A stretch of DNA of 64,000 bases from Squalus acanthias (Eukaryota). This document shows positions 37,760-49,808 of this stretch, piece after piece. The stretch spans positions 120,840,001 to 120,904,000 of the forward strand of contig CM059432.1 in assembly GCA_030390025.1 (NCBI GenBank), given 5' to 3'. The notes under the pieces were generated by a model. The model made no database searches and was not told the origin of the DNA. It was given only the letters and a program-made list of their open reading frames with translations. The translations under genes and the position numbers were made by a program. Each line of letters opens with the position of its first letter. Position 1 is the first letter of the stretch.

Positions 37760-39191
37760 AGACAGTCTGTTACATTCACCAACTTTATTGCACTTCAAAA
37801 AAACTTTTGGCCTGGCAAAGCATTTTAATATATACCAAAACTAAGAATTAAGGGTCTGTATATACTTACAATCCCTGCAGCCTGCAGCAGCGGTCTCTTC
37901 CTCTTTGGTTGTCTCCCGAGCTGGCAGAGGTGTTAAGCCAAAGCTAGCATGGAATCCGCCTTAGAGGTTAAACTTGACCAGGATGTTAAGCCGAAGCTAG
38001 CATGCATCCACCCCGGGGAAGCTAACCCCCTTTCTACCTGCCTTTCCCTCTTGGCTGCCCGTTTATATACCTATTTTAAGGGCTGGTGGATACCTCCTGT
38101 CAATCACTTGTTTTAATCACTTTTACCCATTCAATTGTCCATTTACAGAGGAATATGCACCTGTAGCACATCCCTCCCAGTCTTACGAGACCATCCCTTT
38201 GTTTGGACATCTTGCACTTTCTCCTAGACAGCTTGTTTATCTTACTCAACCCTTTATCGGCCCTAGTTATGCCCACTCGAAGGCCTGTTTTGTGTTATGA
38301 CCTTGCAATGACCTCAGCTCTTTGTACAACTCCCTATCTGGCGTGATTGGAAGTTTTCTGTATCAGCAGCTTATCCTGGCTACTCAGCTCGGATGAGCTT
38401 ATTTGTTTTATAAAGCCATTATTTCTTATAATTCACAATTTCTTCCAAGTCACGATTTCTTACAATTCCCCACTTTGAAAAGGAAATATCCTTATTGACT
38501 TCTCATAATCAGCTCTTAACTAATCTAGTTAGTTCTTATTGCTCTCTCAATTTGGGAGTTAGCTATTAGGGAGACTCAGAAATGAATATTTCCCCCTTTC
38601 TTACAGTCCACTGCTTTGAGGGGGAGGAGCAACCTCGGACCCCTCACACGGGTTCAATTCACTGTTCCGGTGTTCCAATTCTACAGTGCCTGGGGTATCC
38701 TCTGTTTCTTCTATCTTTCCTGATCTTACCCCGCCTGGTCTCTTTTGGTGTGTTCAATTAATTTGTTAGGGCTGGTTAGTCATAGGCACGAGTACACAAT
38801 TGACTTATGCATCAAAGTCTTACTACACGGGTTACATATATCAAATATACTATCATTACAAGTTGGAGAACTACCAGAGCGTGTGAAATAATACGAGCCT
38901 CAGAGTGTGCTGATATATTAAGCCCAATATCCCACTAGTGTGAATCATCCCCTATGCTGTCAATTTCAATCTCGAGTTATCTTGCTCCAAAACATAAAAA
39001 TGCTTTAAGGAGGAGTTCAGTCATATCACGAGCTCACTGAAGCCCTCAGACAACAGGGGAATATTATACCCAATCGTGCCCCATAATTGTGCAGCTCATA
39101 TCCTGGCTGCTCAGCTCGGATGAGCTTATTTGTTTTATAAAGCCATTATTTCTTATAATTCACAATTTCTTCCAATTCACGATTTCTTACA
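37760..39191 (-). mobile_element. Internally deleted ERV-like element: 5' LTR stub, env 3' remnant, PPT, 3' LTR
   Basis: 93-bp direct repeat at 38372-38464 and 39099-39191, starting TGTAAG on -; PPT AAAGTGGGGAAT directly before the second copy; TATA ~38062-38069 and AATAAA 37784-37789 on -; distal LTR end not resolved. Confidence 0.65.
38812..39095 (-). pseudogene. env-like C-terminal remnant (membrane-proximal W motif plus TM helix)
   Basis: Translates ..IPLLSEGFSELVI*LNSSLKHFYVLEQDNSR/EIDSIGDDSH*WDIGLNISAHSEARIISHALVVLQLVMIVYLIYVTRVVRL*, located ~335 bp upstream of the PPT. Confidence 0.5.
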
Positions 39192-39324
39192 CTACCTATT
39201 TATTTTCCAGAAACCAATCACTGTCTCTCGGCAGAAGTTCTTCGCACTTTCAGCTGAATTTTTTCACTGGATATCTGCACTCCTCCCACAGTTCCACATC
39301 CCACTTAAAGTAAGAAAATAAATC

Positions 39325-39723
39325 ATTTGCTTTTATATAGCACCTTTCACAACCTCAGGATGTCTCAAAGTAGTCAATTAAGTACTTTTGAAGAGTAGTC
39401 ACTGTTGAATGTAGGAAATGTGGCAGCCAATTTTGTGCAGAGCAAGTTCCCACAAATAGCAATGAAATAATGATCAGATAATCTGTTTTAAGGATGTTGG
39501 TTGAGGGATAAATATTGGCCAGGACACCAGGAGAACGCCCCCTGCTCTTTTTCAAATAGTGCCATGGGATCTTTTACATCACCTGAGAGAGAGCAGAGAG
39601 AGAGCAGTCGGGGCTTCGGTTTAACGCCCATTCCAGAAAAACGGCACCTCCAACAGTGCAGCACTCCCTCAGTACTGCACTGGAGTGTCAGTCAAGATTA
39701 TGTGCTCAAATCTCTGGAATGGA
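39325..39723 (-). mobile_element. Deu-domain SINE, 5'-truncated
   Basis: Colinear with 14245-14640. Confidence 0.85.
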
Positions 39724-41579
39724 ACAATAGTGTAACCTCTGTCTCGCCATGAGCAACATCATGGGAGATTGTTTGTGCCTGTGAGCATGTGTGTGTCTGT
39801 ATAAATGGAACATCTGGAGCACATTTCCCACCATACCTGTCATTTGCAATGTACAGTATAATGAAGGATTCAGAGGGGGTGATTTTTGGTTCCAGCAATA
39901 ATTGGAAGGGCAGTGGGTAGGGCGCTCGGCACCCCTCTGAAGGAATTGTCATGGAGCCTGTGCCAGTTTTGTAGTCGGGTTGCATTTGAATTAAATCAGT
40001 GAGCTGCCGGCGTAAAGCGTGCTCCCTATAGGCACCTCACAGCTTGGGAGGGCGGAAAACATCGGAGCAGCCAGAACCTTATGGCAAAACTTTAAACAGG
40101 AGGTGCTTTTTTTGGTGGTCGATAGCAGGCAGCGATATTGTGGAGCAGCAGGCGAGATGACTTGAAACAGTGCCCTGATATGTTGAGTGCAGTGGAGAAG
40201 GTGCACATTGAGTAAGTGAGCAGATTCGCATCTCCTCCGATGGATGACCGGTGCCAGGACAAATTAGTCAGCAGTCATGGAGAGAGGTTGGCAGAGCATG
40301 TAAATGCCACCAGCATTGTCCCCTGGACTTGGCTGCAGTGCAGGAACACGTTTCAGGATCTGACCACACCTGGAGTACTGTGAGCAGGTCTGGGCACCAC
40401 ACCTTAGGAAGGATATATTGGCCTTGGAGGGAGTGCAGCGTAGGTTTACCAGACTGATACCTGGACTCCAGGAGTTAAATTACGAGGAGAGATTACACAA
40501 ACTAGGGTTGTATTCCCTGGAATTTAGAAGGTTAAGTGGTGATTTGATCGAAGTTATCAAGGTATTAAAGGGAACAGATCGGGTTGATAGATAGAAACCA
40601 TTTGCGCTGGTTGGGGAGTCTAGGACTAGGGGGCATAGTCTAAAAATTAGAGCCAGACCTTTCAGGAGTGAAATTAGAAAACACTTCTACACACAAAGGG
40701 TGGTAGAAGTTTGGAACTCTCTTCCACAAATGGCAAGTGATGCTAGATCAATTGTTAATTTTAAATCAGAGATTGATCGGGCTAGGAATTCATTATAGCC
40801 CAGGAATAGGTGGTATCTTTAAAAAAGTTTGAGAATTAGCACCAGGCGCTAATGCTTTAGACTGCACGCAAAATTCATTCTCACTGCTCAAAGAAATGAT
40901 TGGGTCGCTAAATCAAGTCTTAAAGGCCTAGCTCAGTGGCGTTACACTCAAAGGGTGGACCAATATCGGGTGAAGTCTAATCTTAACTCATCATTGCCAC
41001 AGGCTTTTCCCAGTACTTAAAGGGAGGTTCATTGATACTGCAGCACCTCATTCTCAGCATTGCTGGCTATGCAGCTGCCTCAGCAAAGAGAAGCACAACA
41101 AGGAGAAGGAGCCGGAGGACTGAAGCAGGTGTGCTCATGGCAGATCCACCTCAGTCGGGTGGTCAGGGTGATTGAACGCTTCAACAAATGCTGCATACCA
41201 CCATCTGTACCATAAGTTTCACATACTGCCCAAAGCACCAGTCCCCCAGTACTCACCCACCAACAATCTCTACCTACCAACACCCACACCCACATCTCAC
41301 ACCTTGCACACAATGACAGCTATTCAACTATGGCGGGCACAAGGGTCATTAGTTATTAGATAAATGTGATATGTGTAATATGTTTATGCATAAATTTATT
41401 CATGGAGTTTGCAATATTTTGTGGTCTCTCTCACTTCTTTGCACCCAGGTAGAAGCTGTGATATGGCATGACACAGGGATGGTATGATGGGCGTGTGGTG
41501 AGCAAAATGGATCTGGGGTTTAAGTCATCCTGGTGTGAGGCTGGAGGTCTGTTTGGAGAAGGTGGCAGAGTTCTGTGAC

Positions 41580-42225
41580 AACAGAAAACGCTGGAAAAAC
41601 TCAGCAGGCCAGGCAGCATCCGTGGAGAGAGAAAGAGAGTTGACGTTTCAGGTCGATGACCTTTCATCAGAACTGGGAAGAGCTGGAAATCAAATAGATT
41701 TAAGGCCAGGGTAAAGCTGGGAAAAGGGGGAGGGGATAAAGGAACAAAGGAGGAGATGAAGAGACATTAAGAGACATTAAGAGATATGCAAGGCTAGAGG
41801 TGGTGTTAATGTGACAGATTAAGGCTGAATGAAGTGTGAAATCTACTGGCAGAATGAAGGACAGCTGCCAGCTTCTAGGAGGAAAAAAAAGGTGGGGGGG
41901 ACAAATAAAAGGGTGGATAAAATAAAATATAAATGTGATTGGAGCTGAGGTTATGATCTAAAATTGTTGAACTCGATATTGAGTCCAGAGGGCTGTAGCG
42001 TGCCTAAACGAAAGATGAGGTGCTGTTCCTCGAGCTTACGCTGAGCTTCCGTGGAACAGTGTATTAGGCCGAGGACGGTGAGGTCAGAGTGGGAGTGAAG
42101 CGGTGAATTAAAGTGACAGGCCACCGGGAGCTCGGGGTCCCCCTTACGGACTGAACGGAGGTGTTCCGCAAAGCGGTCACCCAATCTGCGTTTGGTCTCC
42201 CCAATGTAGAGGAGTCCACATCGTG
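41580..42225 (-). mobile_element. Penelope-like element 3' end: GIY-YIG endonuclease, 3'UTR and pLTR
   Basis: CGLLYIGETKRRLGDRFAEH...PVACHFN...RKLEEQHLIFRLGTLQPSGLN; followed by pLTR with hammerhead. Confidence 0.92.
41638..41674 (-). ncRNA. Minimal type I hammerhead ribozyme motif
   Basis: AGTT-CTGATGA-A-AGGTC-ATC-GACCT-GAAAC-GTC-AACT: intact core, GUC triplet, helix I AGTT/AACT. Confidence 0.8.
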
Positions 42226-45200
42226 ACCCCTGCCTTGGTGATGTGGAGCCATCTAATACCCTCGGAATACCCCTGGAGGGTAAGGCCTCCTGGTGAGAGC
42301 CCTGATGTCCCTCCTCATCCCTCTGCACACATGTTCCTGTATTACTGGCTGCCTACGCTCCCTCCGCTGTAGATCCTGGAGGCCGAGGTGGCATTCCAGT
42401 TGGCCCCCATTAATGTTGCCAAGTGTAGCAGTTTGAATCTTTGAACAATAAATGTAGGCACTTTGCACTTGCCAGAACACTGCTGATAAAAAAGGACCTT
42501 GAAATTACTCCTACAAAGTGATCCACTAGCTGAAACTGACAAGAAACCATTGAAACTAACCTGCCCTGACAGCTGCAAGTGATTAATGCACATGCCTTTA
42601 AATAACTTCACTGGAGCTGATGTCCTGCAACTGTGCGCCTCCTCTCCCTGTCGCTGTCTGGTCAAGGCGCTAAGGTAAGTGGCGAAAATCAATTTTGTAG
42701 ATTGGGCATCCAGTGAGTGCACGCTCACTGACGTCACGATCTGCCCGGCATTGAAGTCCCCGCCGGTATCTCATACCGTGCTGGATTCACCTCGACCCGG
42801 CGCGACTACATCAGTGCCCCGTTAGCGCCAGCAGCTGGCACTAATGGGAGGCGTTAACCAACTGAATTTTTCCCCCATAGATTTTTATTAACCAAAGGTA
42901 TTATGGACAAACGTAGGTATATGGAGTTAGGTGGCAGATCAACCATGATCTCATTGAATGGCGGGACAGGCTCAAGGGGCTGAATGGTCTACTCCTGTTC
43001 CTATATTTCTATGTTTCTATGACTAGGACTGCCAAGGTAAGACACAGCCCTGCACAACTTCACTTAGTCCAGCACAGCGAATCCTTTCCTTCCTCTCTCT
43101 CCATGCCTCTCAAGTCAGCATGGAACACTCACTTTTATCTTGCACTCACACCATCAAAACCTGCTACTCACAATTCTTGGTCACACCTGCTGCTTTTTCC
43201 TGTCATCATGCACACTATGCTAAGCTGCTTCATCCATCTTGAAAACTCTTAATCAAGATACATATTAACCCATTTCCACTCTTCATGCAGGAGAAGTTGA
43301 CACACAGCAGGAGGGAGAGTACAGGAACAGGAGGAGGTCTTTCCTCTACGTAGACATTGACACCAATGGAAAAGGTCACCATCGACAGTATTGGCAGAGA
43401 GAGGTCACACACCATCGGAGATGGTCAGGCTGGAGGCCAGGCACAGCAGGGTGTCTGGGCATCTGCTCCTTCTTGTCTCTTTCTATTTAACTCTCTGACT
43501 CACACACTCGGTATGAAAACCTAGTGGTGCATGGTGCTGTCATTCGTCCACTTACGAGTGGACTGCGAACCCTTGCCGCTATGTGTGAACCCTTGCCCTC
43601 TTTTTCAGGGTCCATCGGAAGACCCAGGTCTTGCGGGGTTGGGGGGCGGGGGGAGAGAGAGTTGGAAAGAGCCATCTCGAAGATGCACCATCACTTTCTC
43701 TCATCCTTCCAAGCACCAGCATAGAAATCGGCACCCTGTGTGGGATTAATATTTAGAGGGGTCTGTACTGGGTAATTCACCGAGGGCAAATGAGCAAGTG
43801 TAAGTGTGAGTGGAAAGGACGGCTCAGGAAGCAGCTCACCGGAAGGCTGGCTTACGTCCTAGCTCTGGTGAAGAGAACAGTGATGGAGACTTTAGGGGCC
43901 CAGCCTTTAAAGGAAAGATGCTTCCTGCACACCAGTAATTTACTGAATGCATTGGACTGCCACAACATGTCGAAGAGTGTTTCAGAATATTATGATTAAA
44001 CTTATGTCTAAAATCATCTTTGAGTACGTTCATTATCACATTAACTCTGAGCACTCAGCCTTCATGAGAAGCCTGTGGGTGAGTTGATATTTTTATCGGA
44101 GCTATCAGTCTCTTGGTTGCAGAGAGTTGATAATTACACCTGTGCCTCCAATTTCCAACATGCACTGTGGAGAACTGCCCAGCATCTATCACTGTGATCC
44201 TCTCACATCATTTCTCTAACATCTCAAACCCTCACTTCAATGGAAAGTAAAACCACGCAGGGTGTAAAGCGATCTGCTGATCTGATATATAGATTTTATT
44301 CTGGTGGTGTAGATTAAGGTCTGGACTGAGTGTGATTTATAATTTCGGTTGTGTATTTTCTGTACCTGTTCAGAATTTATAATGTGCCTAAAGTTATTTG
44401 CTTTTGCCACTGAATATTGGCTAAATGGATATTTTCAGTGTAAAAGATTTACTGAAGTGTTAAAAGTATGTCAAAATTTGCAAGACAGATTTATTGTCAT
44501 CTAATAGCATGGACTTTCCTCCATTGGCCACCTATTTATCGGGCAGCAGTAGGTGGGAGTTCCATGGTGTTGGACCACAACTTACTTTGTGTTGTGATGA
44601 CATTTTTGGGGGAGGGTGGCGGTTGTATGACATGGGTGAAAATGATTAAAATGTACAATGCTGCCTCTGATACACCACACAAATATCGACAGAAAATTCA
44701 AGCCTCTGTCTAATCATTATTCTGAGAAGGCAAATTCCACCTAGATTCCCCGGACTTTGAAAACATAAAACTTAATGAAGAATTTTCTGGAGAAAGATAA
44801 TAGGAACTTGCTTACTCCAGCAAGTTGGAGAGTTGAGAACAGGATGATTGAAGGTTGAGTCAGTTTCACCCTTATCAAAGGATCATTGTATCATGTACAC
44901 CGCAGCTCAGAAATGTAAAGTTGTAAGCGAACGCAGCATGATCAGGCCATGTCAGGTAAGCCATAAAAGGCCATTTTGATAAGAACGTATAAGCAACTAA
45001 GGTAAATAAATTGGCGTAATGTAACGAGACTTTGGATTAGACCTAGGAAGATTGAGCTCAAGAACAGTAAACTTGAGAGACCTCGTTTCCCCAACTAAGC
45101 TTGTTTGGTTGTAAGTACTTCACTATGTTTAAAGAATCATATTTTGAATAAATGAAAATTTGCTTGTGAGAGAATTGTCTTACCATCAATGATCTCACAT

Positions 45201-45235
45201 AACTAAGTCGAGTCGTTAACAGGGGCAGCATCAGT

Positions 45236-45371
45236 TCTGATGAAAGGTCATCAACCTGAAACTTTATTTTTTTTTCTCCCTCCACAGATGTTGGCTGACC
45301 TGTTGAATATTTCCAACATTTTCTGTTTGTATTTCAGATTTCCAGCATCCGCAGTATTTTGCTTTTATATT
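45236..45371 (+). mobile_element. Solo Penelope-like pLTR with degenerate hammerhead
   Basis: CTGATGAAAGGTCATCAACCTGAAAC; perfect 14-bp flanking repeat GGGGCAGCATCAGT at 45222-45235 and 45372-45385. Confidence 0.85.
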
Positions 45372-46016
45372 GGGGCAGCATCAGTGTTGGGAGCGTGTAC
45401 CTCAAATAGTAGAGCTCTTCATTAACATATGTATTTGGGAGCAGGAATGTCCCACGTGCTGTATTCCAACATTCAAGTGTGCAGGACATCAAGTCTAAAG
45501 GATGTCTATTTCAAATGGTGATCCAGGAATTCTAGGGAATCAATTGTGGCTGTAGCTGATTTAAGGGGTCCAATCCTTCATATTTAGTCACTTTTTGACT
45601 TTTTTCACTTTTTTTCTTTTCATTTTCTTTCTGCTGGCATTTAGTTCCTCATGAGCCATTTTGCCAATTGTTCAACTTTCTTTGGGGGAAAAATTGGGTA
45701 TCGCCGATTTTGGGGTGCTAATATTGGCCAGGCGTAAAGTTTAGTGCCCGGCACTAATTATCACCTCCAACTGCAAAATTTGCCTCTATCGTCCCTGGAG
45801 GACATTTGAGCGCTAAATCAGGCGCTACAACCTTCTCTTAAGGTGCTAAAGTCGGGGAGCGAGGCGCTACCTGAGAACGCTACGTAGCTCAGGCAATGTC
45901 AGTTACCATGGAAGCCAGACACCTGGCGCCGTCCAGTTCTTAAAGGGGAGGGGACATCTTGCTGCCCAGCCACACCCTCAACAGACCTGTGTTTAAATTG
46001 TCTCTTAGAAGCAGTG

Positions 46017-47850
46017 ATGGAGAGGCCCAGGGGAAGAGCTAGGCGATTCATCGATGAGGCATTGGTGGCTCTGGTTGGCGCAATGGAACGGCGACGGGCA
46101 GTGCTGTTTCCTGAGAATGGCAGGAGGCCATTGCCCCTGGAGTTTAGAAGGGTGTGGAGGGAGGTGGCTTAGCATGTCTCTTCAAGGAGCCTGGTGCTAA
46201 GGACCCACACTCAATGTCGGAAGATGTTCAACGACCTCACTTGGGTGGTCAGGGTGAGTACCTGCTTTCCAATACCTCTGACATCCCACCATCTCAACTT
46301 CACTCTGTGCCCAGACGGTTTAAAAACCCCAAATGCCCAACACTCATCCAAGACCAATGGCCATCTCATAAAACTCACATGCACATCCCACACCTTACAC
46401 ACATTAACAGCTATTCAACTATGGGAGGCACATCTGTCAACCACATGGCTGCACACAATAACGGCTATTCAACTATGGTCGGCACATCTGCCAAACACAT
46501 GGCTGCACACTCACTCACACGCTGTCCTTTTTCTTGCATGCTTAGCTCTCTCATAACAGACAGGAGCAGCAATGCACGAGAGGAGGACCGGCGGACCTAC
46601 ACCCCCTGAATGAGTTGGAGGACAGAGTGCACAGGATCGTTGCCAGCCAGGTCATAGGTGCCGTGGCCGCTGGAGAGGTCAATCCCCCCTTGGGGACAGC
46701 AATGGTATGTTCATCAGCTTTCTCTCCTCTCACATACCACTTCCCCCTCACAACACCAGCCTTTTACACTTTCAATCCAACTAACTGTCTCTAGTCCTTA
46801 CTCCCTTCCTGCCCCACTGCCCTCACGCTAAAGCCACTCTTGTACCTTCCTGCCTTCAGATAGTGAACCACCAGCTGACCAGCCTGTCCCTCAACCTGCC
46901 AATGGCAATGACGTGCCAGAGGAGGAGAAAGAGGAAGCCAGAGCCTCACCGCCTGCATCTCCCGAGGGTGACACTTCCGACACCGGGGCCACGCCTTCCC
47001 TGGAGGGGAGCAGGGGGTTAGGATCTGATCTGGGTGAAGCTCCTGGACCCAGTGGGCTGCAACAATGCCATGGGGGTAGGGAGGCTTGGGGGCCATCTCC
47101 CCGGAGGGTGAGCAGGCATGCGAGTTCTGCTGCACAGGACTCGGATGAGGACCTCAACATCGTGGCCATGAATACACAGGCCTTGAGCGTGCACACTGAG
47201 CTCCTGGGTGCAATAGCAAGGGTGCCCGACAGCATGGATGCACTGGCTAGGAGCGTGGAGGAGTCGGTCGCTAACACAGCTGTCATCTGTGCGCAAACCC
47301 TTGAACCCATCCTTGTTTCGTTGCAGAGGATGGTTGAATTGCAGGGAGACTGTAGGGAACCAGAGCCCAAGCCCCGTGTAATGGGTGAGGTGGCAGGATT
47401 TATTGCAGCACAGGCCAACGCAATGCAATGGCTTAGTGCTGCAATCGAGTCATTGGGTGGTGCCATCCAGTCTCAGACTGCTCTCATGCAGTCTCAGATT
47501 GATGTCACGCAAGTACTGACTGCTGCCATCCACGCTGGGTCACCCACAGTCCCCCAGGGATCTCTTGGTACAGCAGATTGCTCCAGATGCTGAGGTTCTG
47601 CCCCATGGGTGTGGCAGTGTGTCGGTCGAGCGGGAAGGTGCTGTCCTCTCTCAGGATGACAGCATTCCTGCTCCCACCACTGCCACTTTCCCATTGCACT
47701 TGGCACGGCCTACAATACAGCCAGCCCAGTCTGTTGCCGCCTATGCAGAGTTGGTGCAGTCTGCAGCCAAGCCCTCCAGGCCCAGAGCTGGTCGAGGGCG
47801 TCCTGCAAGGCCATCTCTAGTCTCTGGATCCAGCATTCAGCAGCCTTCAT
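46017..47850 (+). pseudogene. Spliced Harbinger Myb/SANT plus coiled-coil gene
   Basis: Exon 1 46017-46253 MERPRGRARRFIDEALVALV..AVLFP..WREVA*..RTHTQCRKMFNDL..R|GTGAGT; exon 2 ~46545-46704; exon 3 from ~46860 includes the 226-aa ORF with A/Q/L heptads; interrupted by CR1. Confidence 0.82.
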
Positions 47851-49380
47851 AATGCAGAATCATACTGCAGTCAAGCAGAGTCAGCATGGTTTTATGAAAG
47901 GGAAATCATGTTTAACAAACTTGCTGGAGTTCTTTGAGGAGGTAACGAGCAGGGTGGACAAAGGTGAACCAGTGGATGTGGTGTATTTGGATTTCCAGAA
48001 GGCATTCGATAAGGTGCCACATAAAAGGTTACTGCATAAGATAAGAGCTCACGGAGATGGGGGTAATATATTAGCATGGATAGAGAATTGGCTAACTAAC
48101 AGAAAGCAGAGAGTCGGGATAAATGGATAATTTTCTGGTTGGCAAACGGTAACTAGTGGGGTGCCACAGGGATCGGTGCTGGGGCCTCAACTATTTACAA
48201 TCTACATTCATGACTTGGATGAAGGGACCGAGTGTAATGTAGCCAAGATTGCGGATGATACAAAGATGGGTGGGAAAGCAAGTTGTGCAGAGGACTCAAA
48301 GAACCTGCAAAGTGATATAGACAGGCTAAGTGAGTGGGCAAACATTTGGCAGATGGAATATAATGTTGGAAAGTGCGAGGTTATACACTTTGGCAGGAAA
48401 AATAAAAAAGCAAATTATTATTTAAATGGAGAGAGATTACAAAATGCTGCAGTTCAGAGGGACCTGGGGGTCCTTGTGCATGAAACACAAAAAGTTAGCA
48501 TGCAGGTACAGCAAGTAATCAAAAAGGCAAATGGAATGTTGGCCTTTATTTCAAAGGGGTTGGAGTATAAAAGCAGGGAAGTCCTGCTACAACTGTACAG
48601 GGTATTGGTGAGACCACACCTTGAGTACTGCGTACAGCTTTGGTCTCCTTATTTAAGGAAGAGATATACTTGCATTGGAGGCAGTTCAGAGACGATTCAC
48701 TAGGTTAATTCCAGAGATGAGAGGGTTGACTTATGAGGAAAGGTTGAGCAGGCTGGGCCTATACTCATTGGAATTTAGAAGAATGAGAGGTGATCTTATT
48801 GAAACATATAAGATACTGAGGGGTAACGACAAGGTAGATGCAGAGAGGATGTTTCCTCTTGTGGGGAAATCTAGAATGCGGGGGCACAGTTTTAGAATAA
48901 AGGGTCGCTCTTTTAGAACTGAGATGAGGAGGAATTTCTTCTCTCAGAGGGTCGTAAATCTGTGGAATTCTCTGCCCCAGCGAGCTGTGGAGGCTGGGTC
49001 ATTCAATACATTTAAAGTGGAGATAGACAGTGTCGTAAGAATGAGCCTTACGCGTGGTGAACTTAAAGTAAGCTTTAATCAACTAAAAAGGTGCTACATA
49101 CAAAAGAGGTCTTACTCTATGCCTCTCCAGGATCCAACTGATCAGTCCAGTATTTATCCTGGACTAATCACAGGAAGTGATGCAATAAAGTTCGAGTCAC
49201 AGGAAGCTGTATTGTGTTACCACAGACAGATTTTTGCAAGATAAGGGAGTGAAGGGTTATGGGGAGCGGGCGGGGAAGTGGCTTTGAGCACACGATCAGC
49301 CATGATCTTATTGAATGGCGGAGCAGGCTCGAGGGACTGAGTGGCCTATTCCTGCTTCTATTTCTTATGTTCTTATGTTC
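47851..49380 (+). mobile_element. 5'-truncated CR1 LINE
   Basis: RT motifs [18 protein letters not shown] and ADD; TTCTTATG tail. Confidence 0.95.
49031..49224 (-). mobile_element. 194-bp solo LTR inserted in CR1
   Basis: TGTCGTAA...TTACCACA termini; perfect 5-bp TSD GACAG (49026-49030, 49225-49229); ATTAAA and a TATA-like signal on -. Confidence 0.85.
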
Positions 49381-49808
49381 CGCCAGCCTTGCTGCAGCCA
49401 CTGGGGCCACATTACAGAGGAGCAGTAGGGTGGGAAGGGGGGAAATGCGCAGGGGATGGAGATCACCCTCGAAGGCCCAACAGTAGAATCTGTAACTAAA
49501 TGGGGGGAATGTTTATGAGAAGGTTCGAGGTTGTTGTTATTATATTTCTTTACTGTTTTGCTGTTTATCTCCATGTTGTGAGAACGAGTTTTGTTAGTTC
49601 ATGAATTGTTGGGTTTGTTTCTAATTGTTTGTCCTGAATAAATTACACAGAATTTGTAATATAAATACATTTTTTCATTGTTACTTCACATCTTTGCTGA
49701 TTTGACTCATTGCAGCTTTGCCCTACAATAGGGGTTGCGGGATATTTGCAATGATGTGCTTCTTCATCCCAGAAGCCATCTTCTCTGTAAAGGGGTAGAA
49801 TTGGTGTA

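Larger units (their letters stand above)
40779..42876 (+). mobile_element. Harbinger deletion derivative carrying a Penelope fragment
   Basis: GGGCTAGGAATTC / GAATTTTTCCCC termini; Myb remnant ~41100-41170; transposase N-terminal remnant on - (RALTRRPYPPGVFR) ~42250-42415. Confidence 0.75.
40350..43020 (+). mobile_element. CR1 3' fragment split by Harbinger (40350-40778 plus 42877-43020)
   Basis: PHLEYC...YEERL coding remnant; GAGATTG|ATAGATTTTT rejoins across the insertion; TTTCTATG tail. Confidence 0.88.
39875..43780 (+). mobile_element. Old Harbinger remnant split by nested CR1, Harbinger and Penelope
   Basis: GGGGGTGATTTTT left end; Myb exon 1 remnant ~40140-40345 resuming at 43021 (GCCAAG|GTAAGA); exon 2 after ATGCAG| at 43290 (EKLTHSRRESTGTGGG); right end uncertain. 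Confidence 0.6.

Noticed and set aside
44458..45221. LTR-like stretch (TGTTAA...TTAACA, AATAAA)
   Set aside because: No TSD, PBS or PPT, and no second copy in the window
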